Source: Balamuthia mandrillaris (Eukaryota). Taken from it: a DNA stretch of 64,000 nucleotides. The position numbers and the translations under genes are program-made. Location: contig JAVKOQ020000026.1 of the NCBI GenBank assembly GCA_031835245.2, positions 248,001 through 312,000 on the forward strand, read 5' to 3'. A model generated the notes under the pieces. It was not told the origin of the DNA and did not search any database. It saw nothing but the letters and a program-made list of their open reading frames with translations. This document shows, one piece after another, positions 35,163 to 48,628 of the stretch. Every line of letters begins with the position of its first letter. Within the stretch, counting starts at the first letter, position 1.

Positions 35163-36777
35163 ATGAAGCAAGATGGAAGAGTTGAGCTACTTCACAATAT
35201 TAGGTTTGCTACTTTTTTTCCCATGGAATGAAATTTATTTTTTGGTGTGTAAGCGAATCCTAACTAACACACACACACACACACAAATAAGAACAATGTG
35301 GAACTAGAGAGGACCAAGAGGAGTTCTTTTCCTCGCAACACTCTGTCTTCTTCCGCACTATACTCAAATGTCTCTCTTCGCTTCCGGCTTCTGCGACATC
35401 TGCCGTTACTTCTCCATCTTCCGCCGCTTCTGCTTCGGCACCATCTGCAGCAAAGGCTCACTTGCTTCGAAAGAGCGGGTCTTTTTGGTCCAGACGTCTC
35501 TCTGGGCGACTTTCCTCCTCTACTCGTGGCACAAAGCTGCTACAAAGCTTTTCTTCAAATGATGTAGCGTCTTCCTCTCCCTCTTCGGCCGAAGTCAACA
35601 CCAACAGCTACAAAAACGAGGCAAGTTTAACGTTGGCGGAGAGTGTTCATCTGCTGGAGGTCTTCTTTGCTTTTGTGAGCACTCAGAGAGACAACTGCTC
35701 TTTTCGAACGTGGTTCCATCTCTTCTTGAGCGAATTCCTTCGACCTCTCTTCCCTTCTCTTTCTTCCTCTTCTCCTGCTGCTGCTTCCTCTGCCTCTGCT
35801 TCTGCTTCTTTTTCTCCTCCTACTGGTGATGAAAGCAAAGCTGACGAAGACAACGACAGCAACAACGAACTGCAAAGTCAAATAACACCACCAAGAACAG
35901 AAGGCGATGTGAGCAACGTGCCGCTTGCGGTTCAGAGTTGCATATGCCATATTCTCCATCAGTGGTTCCGCTCTGCTACTCGTCGTGCTGATCTTCTTGG
36001 TGAACCCTCTGTTTCAGATTCAATTGACGAGGACGAAAGAGCAAAAGAGAAGCAACGGTCGGAGGAGCAAGACGAATCTGAGATAAAAACGAATGAAACA
36101 GACAATAGGAGAAGCTCAGTGTTATCTTTCCTTCTGCCACTTTGCCAAAGCATAGCGGAAAGCGTACTTTTTTCCAGGAGCGGTCGGTCTTCCCTATTTC
36201 TTTCAAAGAGTCAAAGCTCTCTTGTCAGTACTTGCTTTAGTCTTTGGTACATTTTGTGCATGGTAGATTCGCTGCTTCTCCTCTGCTCTTTGGTTTATTT
36301 CTTTTCTAACTTTTCAAAAAAAAAAAAAACAAACAAACAAACAAACAAACAAACAAACAAACAAACAAACAAACAAACAAACAAACAAACAACAACAAAA
36401 CAAAAAAAAAAAAAAACAAACCAACAACCGGACAAATAACAGCATACAGAACGCACTTCTACTTCATTGGATTATATACTCCCGTTTCAAATCGTACGTC
36501 TTCTGTTTATGTATATGTGGTTGGCAGAGGAAAAGAGAGCACTGAATAGTTATTCTAATGAGCTGTTGTTTTAGGCATTTTTGCAAAGGTTAGAAGATGC
36601 TTTCTCTCTGGAAGAGCCTCCAGAGGAGAACGACTCCATATTTGACATCCACGTTGCTTGTATGGAGCTCGTCTTAGAGATGGTTAAAAAAGCTGCAACA
36701 AATCCTCTTCCTGAAGATGTAAGGTAAGATAATTATTTTTTTCTAAATTTTGCTATAATCACTTAACAATACTCTCT

Positions 36778-36858
<81 letters not shown>

Positions 36859-39533
36859 TCTGGTGCGAATATAAAACAAAGAGCAAAACTTGAAGGAATG
36901 TTATTAGACATGACCGTTTTATTTCGGTGTCGTCTAAAGTTATTGGACTCGCCTGACGAGCCTCGGCGCTCCCAGGACTACGTGCTACGTTTAAAAGGCA
37001 CATTGGCTGCATTAGTGAAGGTTTGTTTTAAAACGAGCGATTGTTCTATTTGCATCTTTGTTTTAGAATAACATTTTATAGTACAGGTTTCTTTGTTCGC
37101 TTGGATTTGTTTTGGACATCGGAGCAATGGATGGCCTCCGTTGCACGTTGTATTGTCCCAGGCTCTCCAAGTTCCTGCTGTTCTATTTAGTGTACAGGTT
37201 AGATTAGTTGCTCTTTGAGTTCTCAGTTTATGTGCTTTCGCCGATTGTTTTGGCTGCTTTGCATCTCGTTACTTTGAATGAGCTCTTATTGTAACAAAAA
37301 TAGGATTGCTTGGAAGAACTTGCACTCAGCACGGAAAACTTTTGCCAGCACTTTATCCATTACAACTTATCTTGGCAAAGAAAACTCGAATCACTTAACA
37401 CTCAACAACAACAACGACAACAAGAACAAAAGAGGCAGCACGCTACTCTTTCCATCAACAACAGCAATAACAACAAAAAGAAAGGCGAAACAACTTTACC
37501 TGATCTTTCCTCCCTGGTAATGGCCAAAGGACGAAAATCAAAACGAAAATGTCTACGCGTGCTTCCTCTACTTGGGCAACATATCAAGAAAAACACGAGT
37601 ATGACACGTAGTTTAGATCTTCTAAGGAGCTCTCCCGCTACTTCTTCTGGCGAATCGAATAGACAACGTTTTGCTGCTGAGATCCTTTCTGATTCGTTTC
37701 CACTAGGCAACGTTTCTAAGGAAGCCAACGCTCAGGCTCATCTTTCCAGCCGTAAAGTCCCCTTGCAACACATTGCAACTTTCATTCAGAGAATACTTGG
37801 TACATTACGCTGTTTTTTTTTTCCCTCCGCTTCTTTCTTTTGAATCCACCCCATCCTCCCCGTTTATCCCTTTAGTAATGTAATTGCTCTGAATACATAG
37901 AAATTATAAAGGAAGGGTGCCCCATAATGGAGGATGACTGCATTTTGTTGTGCGCTCTGCAAGGCATAGAGCGAGTGGTTGACATATTATTGAGTTTGCT
38001 TGCTGGATGTACAGATACGTTTGTTGTGTTGCTAGGAGGTACGTCCTTTTTTACTCTGGTTTCTATCAGCTATCCAAATGCTGATGTTTTTCTTGTCGTT
38101 TCTTTCTTTCTTTTTCTCAGATGATCTAAACTTGTTCAAGCTGTTACCATTCCTTGTAAATATCTTTGAAAGGAGAAACGAAAGGTTTGTTTGTGTACAT
38201 CATTTTGGGTGCACATTTCTGATTTTTCTATGCTTTTACTCTGTTCTAGAAAATGGCTTTTATGTTGTCAAAAGGCGCTCAAGATTTGCTGTAAAATTGT
38301 CCTGACTACAGCTCGGTCTTTTTCTGTGCCACCTTCTACTGCTTTGTTTCAGTATTATAGAGTAGTGTTATTGGTAATTACCTACCTTCCATTCTGTCTT
38401 TTCCGCTTTCTAACTCCAAAAATATGCAGGCACTTCGCGAACCCGAGTTGCGTGGCGCTGCGTTGCGTTATTCTAGGGAGTTCTTTTCTCGCCGTCTCCC
38501 AGCCACTGCTGCTCTTTTATCAACCTACTTTGCTGCTGTTCAAGATATTTTGGTATGCTTGTCTCTTTCTCATTTTATGCTTCTTTTAAACTTATAGAGA
38601 CACTTTTAGACGGAATCAGGGTCTTATACAAAAAAGGAACTTGGGGCTGCTGTACATATACTTTGTGCAATGAGCTCTTATCCAAATCATTTTCTTATTC
38701 ATGATCCCTCTTCGGCAAAAGACACAAGCGTTGAAGTATCTCCTAAATTTGTGTATATAGAACAAGGGGAAACGACTACCACAACAGCATCGGAGAAAGA
38801 TATCATAAAACATTTGGCCGAAGAGTTCCAAAGTGGTCCACAGCACGGCAATCCACCATTCTTGCAAGTATGTTCGCTTTCCCTCTACTTCTGTGCTTGT
38901 CTATCTCTCATTAACCGGATTGTGTGTGTGCGTGTGTGCCGTGCGTGCTTTTTTTTATTTCCTATAGCTTCAGCACGAAATAAGAGAGTTATTGCTTTTG
39001 TGGACAGTGCGAACCAACACAACCACGTCTTCCGCCAAGAAAAAAGCCAGGTTGCAAGCCAACACGCTGAAAGCATTGACATGTATGATTACACAAGACC
39101 TTGTCTTTCTTTGTCGGAATCGTCAACGAACCGAAGAAGAAGCCTGCGATGACGACAACGATGCATTGAACATATATAATTATCGGTTAGAGGGAGCCTT
39201 GGCTGTTTTAGAGACGTTAAAACAGTGTTTGGATCCAAAGCTGTACGACCCTACCACCATACGAACATCCGTTGCGTGTCTTAGCGCTCTTACTGCTCCT
39301 GAATTCTATCCTGGCATTCTTCTTCTCGATGAGGTATCTTTTTTTTCATGTTTGTTTGTGTTGTCTCAAAATGAGGGACTTACTCTGTGTTTCTTTCTTT
39401 TGTTTGGGATTAGAACCCACACTATATTATTTACTCAATTGTATATGCTTTGGCTTCTTCTGTTTGTAAAACAGGTATGTACGTTTTCTCGTATTTTTTC
39501 TCAAAAATGACTATTGCTTTCAACTGACGCGTT

Positions 39534-39570
<37 letters not shown>

Positions 39571-40138
39571 ATCTTCTCTTCTTGCCTTTTTTTCTCTCTA
39601 TTGCAATCGAACAATAGCACCAAAAGACTCCAGACTCCGAGAAAGTTACATTCAAGGACTCAGCGAATGGCTTCAATTGCCATTTCCCTTCTTGCAGGAA
39701 CCATCTTTGCTGGACATTGTGGCCCGCGCCCTCGAACATAGTCTCTTTGTCTCGTCTTCCCCTTCCTCTGCTTCTTCATCTGCCTCGTCTTCTCCATCTG
39801 AGTCCAGATGGTTCTATTCTCTACTATCAGACCGAACAAAACCAACAACAGAGAATCCTCTTCCTTTCTTCTTGTCCAGTACAACCGAGGAAGAACGACT
39901 GAACGATGATGGAAAACGCAAAACTAACAACACGAAAGGAATCATAAAGTTTAAGTTGGAAGATGATTCAATGTTGTTGGATCCCGCTATGCAAAGATTA
40001 GATGCTATTTATCAGAAAGTTGCCGCTAAATCTCTTCGGCAACGGGTTAGTTTGTCTCTGTCTCTGTCTCTGTCTCTGTCTCTGTCTCTGTCTCTCTGTC
40101 TCTCTCTGTCTCTCTCTGTCTCTCTCTGTCTCTCTCTG

Positions 40139-40191
<53 letters not shown>

Positions 40192-41457
40192 AATGGTTTA
40201 TCTATTTATTTCCTTGTTACTTTTATAAAGCTTTTTTTTTTTTACAAAAACAGGACACAGCTAAACATGAAGAGCATGATTCTGAAAAATTAACCGCAGA
40301 AGCATTACTCCTGTTTCTGCTTTACAGTTACAAGTTCCGACAAGGTACTTTTCTCGTTGCATTGTTATTTCTTAGCACCTCTTGTTTCCCAATTTTCTCA
40401 CTTGTTTGCTTTTTAAAACAGGAAATGAGTTTTGTGAGGGAAGTGAACTCGATTGGGCTGCGTTGTTAGATAATCCTTCTGTTCGTTTGCAATACTTTTA
40501 CTTTGACTCTTCGCTGTTATTTATGGCTGACATGCCAAACAACAACAACACTGACACTAATCGTGAATGTCGTACAGGTATTTTTCTAATTTTTGTTTTG
40601 TTTTGCTCTGTTTTTGCACGCGTTTTAAGTGGTTGAGCAACCTTTCGTTCTAGAAAACAAACAAAAATATATTACCGTATGGAATGCAATAGGGTCTTTC
40701 TCCTACACAGCTGATACAACCAATTCATCAAATAATCATCGTCAACTATCAACTATATCACCACCAACAAATCAAGAAAACTCAAGCAGTGCACGCGCAG
40801 AACATAAACAATATAAATTCGAACGAGAGAAATCCGCTTTACAGAAAGAACTAGCAAAATTGCACGTGTTGACAGAAACTCCAGACATCGATCAGCATAG
40901 AGCGACAGAAAGCATCAAAAGGCAAGCAAGGCAGCTCAGTAGAAGTAACAGTCTCGGCGATAGTGGAATTCCACACGACGCAAAATCTTCTTCGGATAGG
41001 GATGTGGAGGAAGAACAAGAAGAGGACCAAGACAATAACAATGAAGCCAATTTACCACTGCCATCGCATTCCCACCTTGCTCTTTATGCTGGTGGTACAG
41101 GTGTTCGACCAAAGCCTCTATTCTTTGAGTCTCGTAAGCAAGTTGAACGGTCACTTCGCTTCTTAAGTAGCTCTTCTGGGTAATGTCTAATTTCCTTTCT
41201 TGTTCTTGTTCTTCTTCTTCTTCTTCTTCTTCTTCTTCTTCTTCTTCTCCTTCTCCTTCTCCTTCTATTCCTCCTTCTTCCTTATCTTTCTTTTTCTTTC
41301 TCCACTAATTCAGTTTTGGGTTTCAGGAAAACAAGCGTGAAGATAGGGCTGCTATACGTGAAAGAAGGACAAACATTCGATAGAGATATGCTCGCCAACA
41401 ACACTTATTCACATGATTTCGGACAGTTCATAACCCGCATCGCAGCACCAGTACCTC

Positions 41458-41508
<51 letters not shown>

Positions 41509-43540
41509 CAGTTGTGCAAGGTACTCAATTGTTGTTTAAAAGGTTAACCTACAGACACACAAAGGCTATGCGGGAGGATTAGACAAAAGAGACATACCTT
41601 CAGATATTCATTTCCCATACCACCAAACTTTCACCACTCAGACAATCTTTCACGTTGCTCCACTTATTCCCTCGACAGCGGGTGACGCTAATCAAATCCA
41701 ACGGGTACTACTTTTTTAAACATTGCATTATTGTTGTTTTATCCTTTAATAAGTGCCTTTATGTTATTTTTAGAAACGGCACCTTGGCAATGACACTGTT
41801 GTGGTTGTGTGGAGTGAGCACAATACGGATTTTAGCCCACAACACTTCCGTTCTTCTTTCACGTCTGTTTTCATAGTTATATATCCTTTGAGCAATTATT
41901 TATATAGAATCCGTATTCACTGCAAGGTTTCTATCTCTTTTCTCCTTGCTCCTCATTTTTCTCGTCCTCCTTCTCAAACTCAAAAAATTTTAAATTGAAT
42001 ACAGCAAGAAGACATGTTAGTGTACCCATTAGCCGATGAGATGATTGTGGGGAAGGAAGTGCTAGCTCCCCTCGTTCGTGAAACGGCCATACGAGCTCAC
42101 ATGGAAGCTTTCAGAGACCAACATTTCTTCACGACCGCTTTTGCAAGACAACAAACCTTTATCCAAGAAATCATCCGAAGAAACGCATCACCATCAACGC
42201 AACCATCTTCCAATTCTTCTTTCGATCAATCAAGACCATCTACTTCTGCTACTTCTGCTTCTTTGCCTCTTTCACCCTTCTCTCCTGTAACTATGCCCTC
42301 TGTCTCTCTTCTTCCTTCTGACGATGAAGAAGAAAAAGTACAAGAAGAACTGGAAGTAAGTGCAGAACGAACCACAACTATATCAGAACTGCTGTTGCCT
42401 TCATCTTCTAAACCCCGAAAGCATCAGCTCATCTCAACCAAACGCTTTTCCTCGCAACGGTTAGAAATTCGGTTGCAGAATCATTACCTCAAAAACGTTG
42501 ACCTTCAAACCAACTCCTTATCTTCTCAGTCGTCTTCAATACCTTCTCTCTTATTTATTTTACCAACGACACCGAACTGCCAACCACGACTCCTCAACTT
42601 AACCTTCCTTCGAACGTTGCAGTTAGACCACAATCATCTTTACACGCTCCCACCAGAACTTGTCTACATCACTCCGCATTTGGAACACCTCTCCCTCAGC
42701 CACAACCGATTCTCCACTTTTCCAAGCCGAGTTGTTCTTCGTTTGCGCTTCTTGAAGAGCCTCAATCTTTCCTTCAACCAACTTGATACTTTGCCAGCCG
42801 ATCTTCCCTCTCGACTCTCTCGTTTAGAAAGCTTGTCCCTCGAAAGCAACCGTCTCTCTTTCCTTCCTTCGACTTATTACTATCTCTTTACCGCTCCTTG
42901 CAACAAACTTGGTAATAATCCAGTTATCAACGAAAGAGAAGAAGAAGGAGACACTGAGCGACTATCACCCCAACACCATCGCATCAAACTCATTCTGGAT
43001 AACAATCCTTTTAAGCACCTTTGTGGAATCGGAGAGAAAGAATGCTATTCCCTTCAAGCTGAAGATGAGGACGTAATGAAGAAGACGCGTCTTCCTCTCC
43101 ATTCGTTCGAGTCGGAGTTTCAAATGATGGACAACGAAACTGCCACTGACAGGTTTTTGTCCTTGAGTTGTCATAGTATTCCTTCTCTCAAGTCGCATTG
43201 CATTCGCCATTTATTACTCCAATTCTACGATGATTCTTCCTCTTCACCATCATCATCATCACTTTTACCGACCGACCTTCAAAACACTGTCCCTCGAGAG
43301 CTAATTGGCAGCATCGAGCGTGCCATGCAACAAGGCGGCTGCGGAGGTTGCTGCAAACCGTTGGTGGAGAGTGCCCTCTCTCGACTGTGGACCGTTCCGC
43401 TTCCTCCTTCCTTCTTTGTTGGTTCTTCTTCTTGTTCCTCTTGCTGTGATAGCAATGAGAGAATAGTTGTTGGGTTGGACGCATGTAGCATCGCTTGCGC
43501 ACGAACCCTCTTCTCCGCGTTGCATTCTTCGTTTTTGTAG
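35163..43540 (+). CDS. Large RalGAP-alpha/tuberin-like RapGAP-domain protein with C-terminal LRRs, many exons
   Basis: KIGLLYVKEGQ, YAGGLD, IFHVAPLIP, KRHLGNDTVVVVWSEH, VFIVIYPL, VLAPLVRETAI; then LxxLxLxxN repeats; upstream helical exons not fully resolved. Confidence 0.65.
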
Positions 43541-43994
43541 CAAACCTTTTTTTTTTTTTTGCCCGAAGAAAGCATTGCAGGCCGAGACACTACCACTCAC
43601 AGCATTGCTCTCTCTTCACACCAACAAAAGATATCCCATGTGTCAGCACACACATGCCGCCGGAAACCATACACACACACACACATACACACACTTTGTA
43701 CTGCCCTCTTTTACTAAGGCGGCGCCAAGATAAAGCCGATCCATGGGGACAACGAAAATAAAGCAAATTAGTAAAAGGGAAAAGAAATAGAGAGAAAAAA
43801 AATAACCCACCTCCGGCGTGCCTAATCATGGCTTGTCTTACGACTCGCTAAGCAAAGGTGCACGGCACCAAAGCAACCTTACCGCCTACCGCCCCCTCAC
43901 AGAGGAGGAGGTGGTGGTAAGTGCCTGCAAAGTGAAAAAGCGGATCAAGATTCGGGCAGTGTTGGCATCTCGATCGGCCTGGTAGCCACACTCA

Positions 43995-44192
43995 GGTTGA
44001 GGGCACCGAAAGGTCTTGTTGCAGGTTCTCAATCACTTTTTCAAGCAGGCTTGCTATCTTGTGATTTCTTTTCCTGTTTTCTTCCTCCTGCTTGGCCATG
44101 CCTTTATTTTCCGCCTCAATGGCTGCTATCGAGGCCTGGTGATCCTCCTCAAGATGTTCTATTTTTTTATCAATTGCTCCGAACGAAGCTAG
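43995..44192 (-). pseudogene. Inverted paralogous fragment of the coiled-coil exon of the adjacent gene
   Basis: Minus frame ASFGAIDKKIEHLEEDHQASIAAI..QEEENRKRNHKIASLLEKVIENLQQ matches 44830-45042(+); no upstream exon found. Confidence 0.65.
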
Positions 44193-44256
44193 AAGAGGAT
44201 CAGGACAACAAAATAGAAAAGCTTGAGGAGGATCACCAGGCCTCGATAGCAGCCAT
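44119..44256. repeat. Perfect 35-bp inverted repeat (44119-44153 / 44222-44256)
   Basis: ATGGCTGCTATCGAGGCCTGGTGATCCTCCTCAAG and its exact reverse complement 68 nt downstream. Confidence 0.95.
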
Positions 44257-44539
44257 ACTAGCCATATGGCCTCTTTCTCTTTTTCTTTCTTTTTTTTGCG
44301 ATTACCTAATTAGCTGGTATCGCTGTCGCCTGAGATAACATTATACATGACGACATGGACATGTACCTTAAACGATTTTTGGCGGGAAAAGCCACCTTAC
44401 AGTTTAGTGCCGCTTCGCCCTTTTTTACCCGTTTGCGTTCAGAGTGAGAGAGAAAACAAAAAGCTGCTACTCCCTCTGTGCCTGCTCTACTTACGCTGCC
44501 ACCTCTTCTTCCACCACCACCTCTCATCATACATCGAAG

Positions 44540-45042
44540 ATGCAGCGAAAGACACCAACATCGACACCCTCCTCCTCTCCTCAATCAAGGAAATTAAAGC
44601 ACCCCCTACTAGAGGGGCACGTCTGGGACGTCAACAGGGGAACTCTCGCTACGACGGGGAAGAACGGCAGCCATGTGGTGGTTCCCTTAGAAGAGGCTTT
44701 GAACCCAACCCTTCATTTTTCTTTGGGTGCAGTTGTCGGCCAGACGGTAAACTGTAAGAATTATCCTCCACAGCCCCTCCCTTTTATTGAACTTGAGTTT
44801 TCTCTCTTTCTGACCTTGTCACCCCAGTCAAAGCTGCGTTCGAAGCAATCGATAACAAAATAGAAAAGCTTGAGAAGGAACATAAGGCAGCCATAGAGGC
44901 AGTAGCAGCCATTGCCAAGCAAGAGGAAGAAAATAGGAAAAGGCAGGAGGAAGAAATCAGGAAAAGAAATCACAAAGTAGCAAGCCTGCTAGAACAAGTA
45001 ATTGAGAACCTGCAACAAGTCGTTGTGGAATTGAAGCAGTAG
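44540..45042 (+). CDS. Small coiled-coil hypothetical protein, 2 exons (true start may be upstream)
   Basis: MQRKTPTS..VVGQTVN|F KAAFEAIDNKIEKLEKEH..IENLQQVVVELKQ*; in-phase GTAAG...CAG intron. Confidence 0.55.
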
Positions 45043-45552
45043 CGCCGTCCTCCTCAACCAACCGAAACACACATTCTCTGCTACCACTCGTTCTGCAGCA
45101 AAGACCGCAATGCACATCGGTGCCACAGATGCATACCCCACGCACCACCTCACATCGCACAAACTCGCCGTTTTACAAAGCGCACATCCTCGCTGTTGGG
45201 TGTTGCTTTGTCTTATGTGACGACCACAGCCGCATTATAATAAACAGGTTAATACATCCCCAAAACGCAAGAAGAGTTGCACGGTCGGCTATAGCGGCGT
45301 TTCTCTTGCCAGCGTTCCTCCCCGCCCCCCCCCCCCAACGGCCTTGAGGGACATCATCATCTCTAGCAGAGATCCAAATGCTCAACATTCCTGGCCCCTT
45401 CTTCCACGTCGACAACAATTCATTGCTCCGCTTTTGATTTTAAATAGGTGTTATATTTCCGAGACGACCCGAACTCATTCGTTGCCTCACCACCCCTCAG
45501 GTGGAATACCACTCATTCCAACAAACAAGTAAAAGGAGGAAAGACCCCCATC

Positions 45553-46036
45553 ATGGCGGAGGATTGGTCGCAGAGCTACATGACCTCGGCTTGGGGGGCT
45601 GCCCAAACCGCCGCAGCCTCAGCCAACAACGGTGGGGGCGGCGGCATGAACTCCGCCCAGCGAACGGTCTACGTGGGCAATCTGCCTAGCGTGCTGAACG
45701 AGGAGGTCATCTTTAGTTTCTTTTCTTGCTGCGGCACCGTCACCAACATACGTCTCGCTGGGTAGTTGACTTCCTCTCCCTCTCCTTCTCATTTGTGGCG
45801 CTAATCCCAAGGTTAATGTCTTTAAAAATATAATTAGCGATCCTTCTTATGCTACTCGATTTGGTTTTGTGGAATTTGCGAGCGAAGATTCGGCCCAAAA
45901 AGCGTGCACCCTCTCTGGCACGGAGCTGGACGGCAAGAAGCTGCGTGTGACCATGAGCAGGACGGCTATTGCCGCTCCCGCAGTCGGCGTTGCTCCGACT
46001 GCTCAACAAAATCTTTACGCTTCGGTATGCTCTCCA

Positions 46037-46069
<33 letters not shown>

Positions 46070-48158
46070 GCTCTCTCTTCTCTTCTCTTCACTGTTGCAC
46101 TTTGTTGGTGGCAAACGATGGCTTTGTTTTTTATTTTGATTTTTTTGTTGCCGCGAAACACGAAAGCTCTCTCTTTGCTCTCTTTTGTGTCTTTGCACCG
46201 CCTCCATTTCAATCTCCTTCGTCTAACTCCCCGCTACGCACAAAAACCGACACTCCCTCTTAAACTTAATCCAACCAACCACGCAATCAATACATTCACA
46301 ACAACTTCAACAACAACAACCATAACAATAACTACCTTGCACACTTTCCTCCTCACTTCTCATTGAAATTTATTATTATTTTTGTTCTTCACAAAGGCAT
46401 TCACTACCACCAAAAAACTATCTCAACCACCAAAACAACTTCCACCGAACAACCAACCTCGGCAAACAAGTCAACAACCAAAACCAAAAACCAAAAAAAA
46501 AAAAAAAAGATACCAAACAAAAAACTAAAGAAAAGCAAACCTGAAACAAAACAACTTAAAAGCCACTAAGATGCAGGAGCGACTTGTTTCCTTGCCAACT
46601 ACTCTACCTCTCCCCGGAAGGATAACTTTGTTTAATGTGGTGTTTCCTATTCTTTCTTTGGCAGATGTTCTCTGGTTGGCCGTCGTCAACGCCACGATTC
46701 AACACAGGAATGTTGCCTCGCGGTGGGCAGTCCATTGATCGCATCTCGCGTACCATCTACGTATCTGGTGTGGACCCTGATGTTCGTATACCTCTTGTTT
46801 GCTTCTCTCTCTCTCTCTCTCTCTCACTCTCTCTCGCTCTTGCTCTCTCTTTCTTCGTCAATAAACGCTGACAAGTGGTTTCAAATGCAACAGCTATCAG
46901 AGGAACAATTGATCCAATTCTTTAGCGTATGTGGCCAGATATCCGCTTGTAGGCTTTGTGGAGATACTTCACATCCCACCCGATTTGCTTTCGTCGAGTT
47001 CATGGCTTCCGAGTCTGCTCAACAAGCCATAGGCCTCACTGGCGTTGCTCTTGGTGTATCTCCCATTCGGTACTTTCTTCCTTACGCGTCATTCTCCTTT
47101 CTGCCCGCTTTTCCTCTTCCTTCCTGTCCTATTCTCATCAAATTCCAAAAAAAAAAAAACACTACCACAACTACAAACAACACCACAGAGTACTGCCTTC
47201 AAAAACAGCAATTCAGAACCCTCACGCGCACAGTGTACCCATCGGAGCTCCCAACCCCATGATGGACCCAACATACCGCGAGCGAGTCGCGCGCACCCTC
47301 TACGTGGGCGGCATCGATTCCTCCATCACGGAAGAGTCTCTCACCGAACTCTTCTCTGGCTACGGCACCGTCAACAAGCTATGTCTGGCAGGAGACCCCA
47401 GCTACGCCGCCCGCTTTGCCTTTGTAGAGTTTAGCACAGCGCAAGAGGCAGCGAATGCCCTAAGACTCAGCGGCACCGTCGTTGCTGGCCGTTCCCTGCG
47501 AGTGAGCTGCTCCAAGACGGCCATTCACTCCGCAAAGGATGCTGTTGGAGGTACTGCCATGTTTATGATGGGCGCTGCTGCCGGTATGATGGATGGTTCT
47601 TCCTCTTCTTCTTTCAGTGATGATAGAAAGAGGAGCAGGAGAAGGAGCAGGAGCAGAGACAGAAGCAGAAGCCGGAGCCGGAGCCGGAGCCGAGACAGAG
47701 GCAGAGGTAGGCGTGGAAGGAGTAGAGACAGAAGCCGAAGTCGGGATAGGAGCCGAGACAGAGATAGGAGCAGGAGCAGAAGCAGAAGCCGGAGTAGAGA
47801 TAGAAGCAGAAAGTCAGACTCCGATCGCAAACGACGCAGAGTCCATCGAAAGAGCAGCAGAAGTAGAAGCAGAAGCAAGAGCCGAAGCCGAAGCCGAAGC
47901 AAGAGCCCTTCATCCTCTTCTTCTTCTAGCAAGAGCAGAAGCAAAAAGAGCCGAAGCCGAAGCAAGAGCCCTTCATCCTCTTCTTCTAGCAGCAGTCGAA
48001 GGAGAAGCAGAAGAAGTAGAAGTGAGAGCCCAACAAACGCAACTGGTGATGATATCTCTGCGATTGACGCCAACCAACAGGACGAGGAGAACGAAGCAAA
48101 CTTCAGCCCCGAAGCGTACGATGGAGATGCTGAAGTCAACAACATATCCTCTAGCTAA
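45553..48158 (+). CDS. SR-related splicing factor with 3 RRMs and RS domain (SRSF11/SREK1-like)
   Basis: RTVYVGNL, RTIYVSGV and RTLYVGGI RNP2 motifs; RFAFVEF RNP1 motifs; long RS dipeptide tract. Confidence 0.88.
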
Positions 48159-48628
48159 AGTGTTTTTTTTTCCTTCCTTCTCTCCTTTTTTTTTTGGCCA
48201 GCTGTTGACTTAGTGAATGTATTGTTCTTTTCCTCTATTCTGTCATTTTTTTTTTTGAGTTTCTCTCTTGTCCGTGCACTTCTCTCGTTCTTCCTTCTCT
48301 CCCTGGTTACTTCCTCATTTCTCTTCTCTTCTCTCTCCTTGGTGGAGTTTCCGATCCTATCTGGTTGGTAACGATCAATATTCGCTAAATAAGGTCGCAA
48401 GTAGCAAGAAAGGTATAGGCATGACAACACCCCTTTTTGCCATCCTTTTACGCAATGCTTTTATCTAACCGACACGTCGTTTTTTTTTTTTTTTTTAAAC
48501 TGAAGGAAATCATTTTTTCGCGACTGAACGGTTGCAACGCATTTCGCCTGCGGAGAGCTTTGTTCGTTCGTTTTCTTGAGGCGTGGAACGATGCTCTTCA
48601 TTGGGCTCCGCATAGTACCTTGAGAAGA

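Noticed and set aside
39334..39345. GTATCTTT donor as a U12-type intron
   Set aside because: No clear TCCTTAAC branch site nearby; fits a T-rich U2 intron
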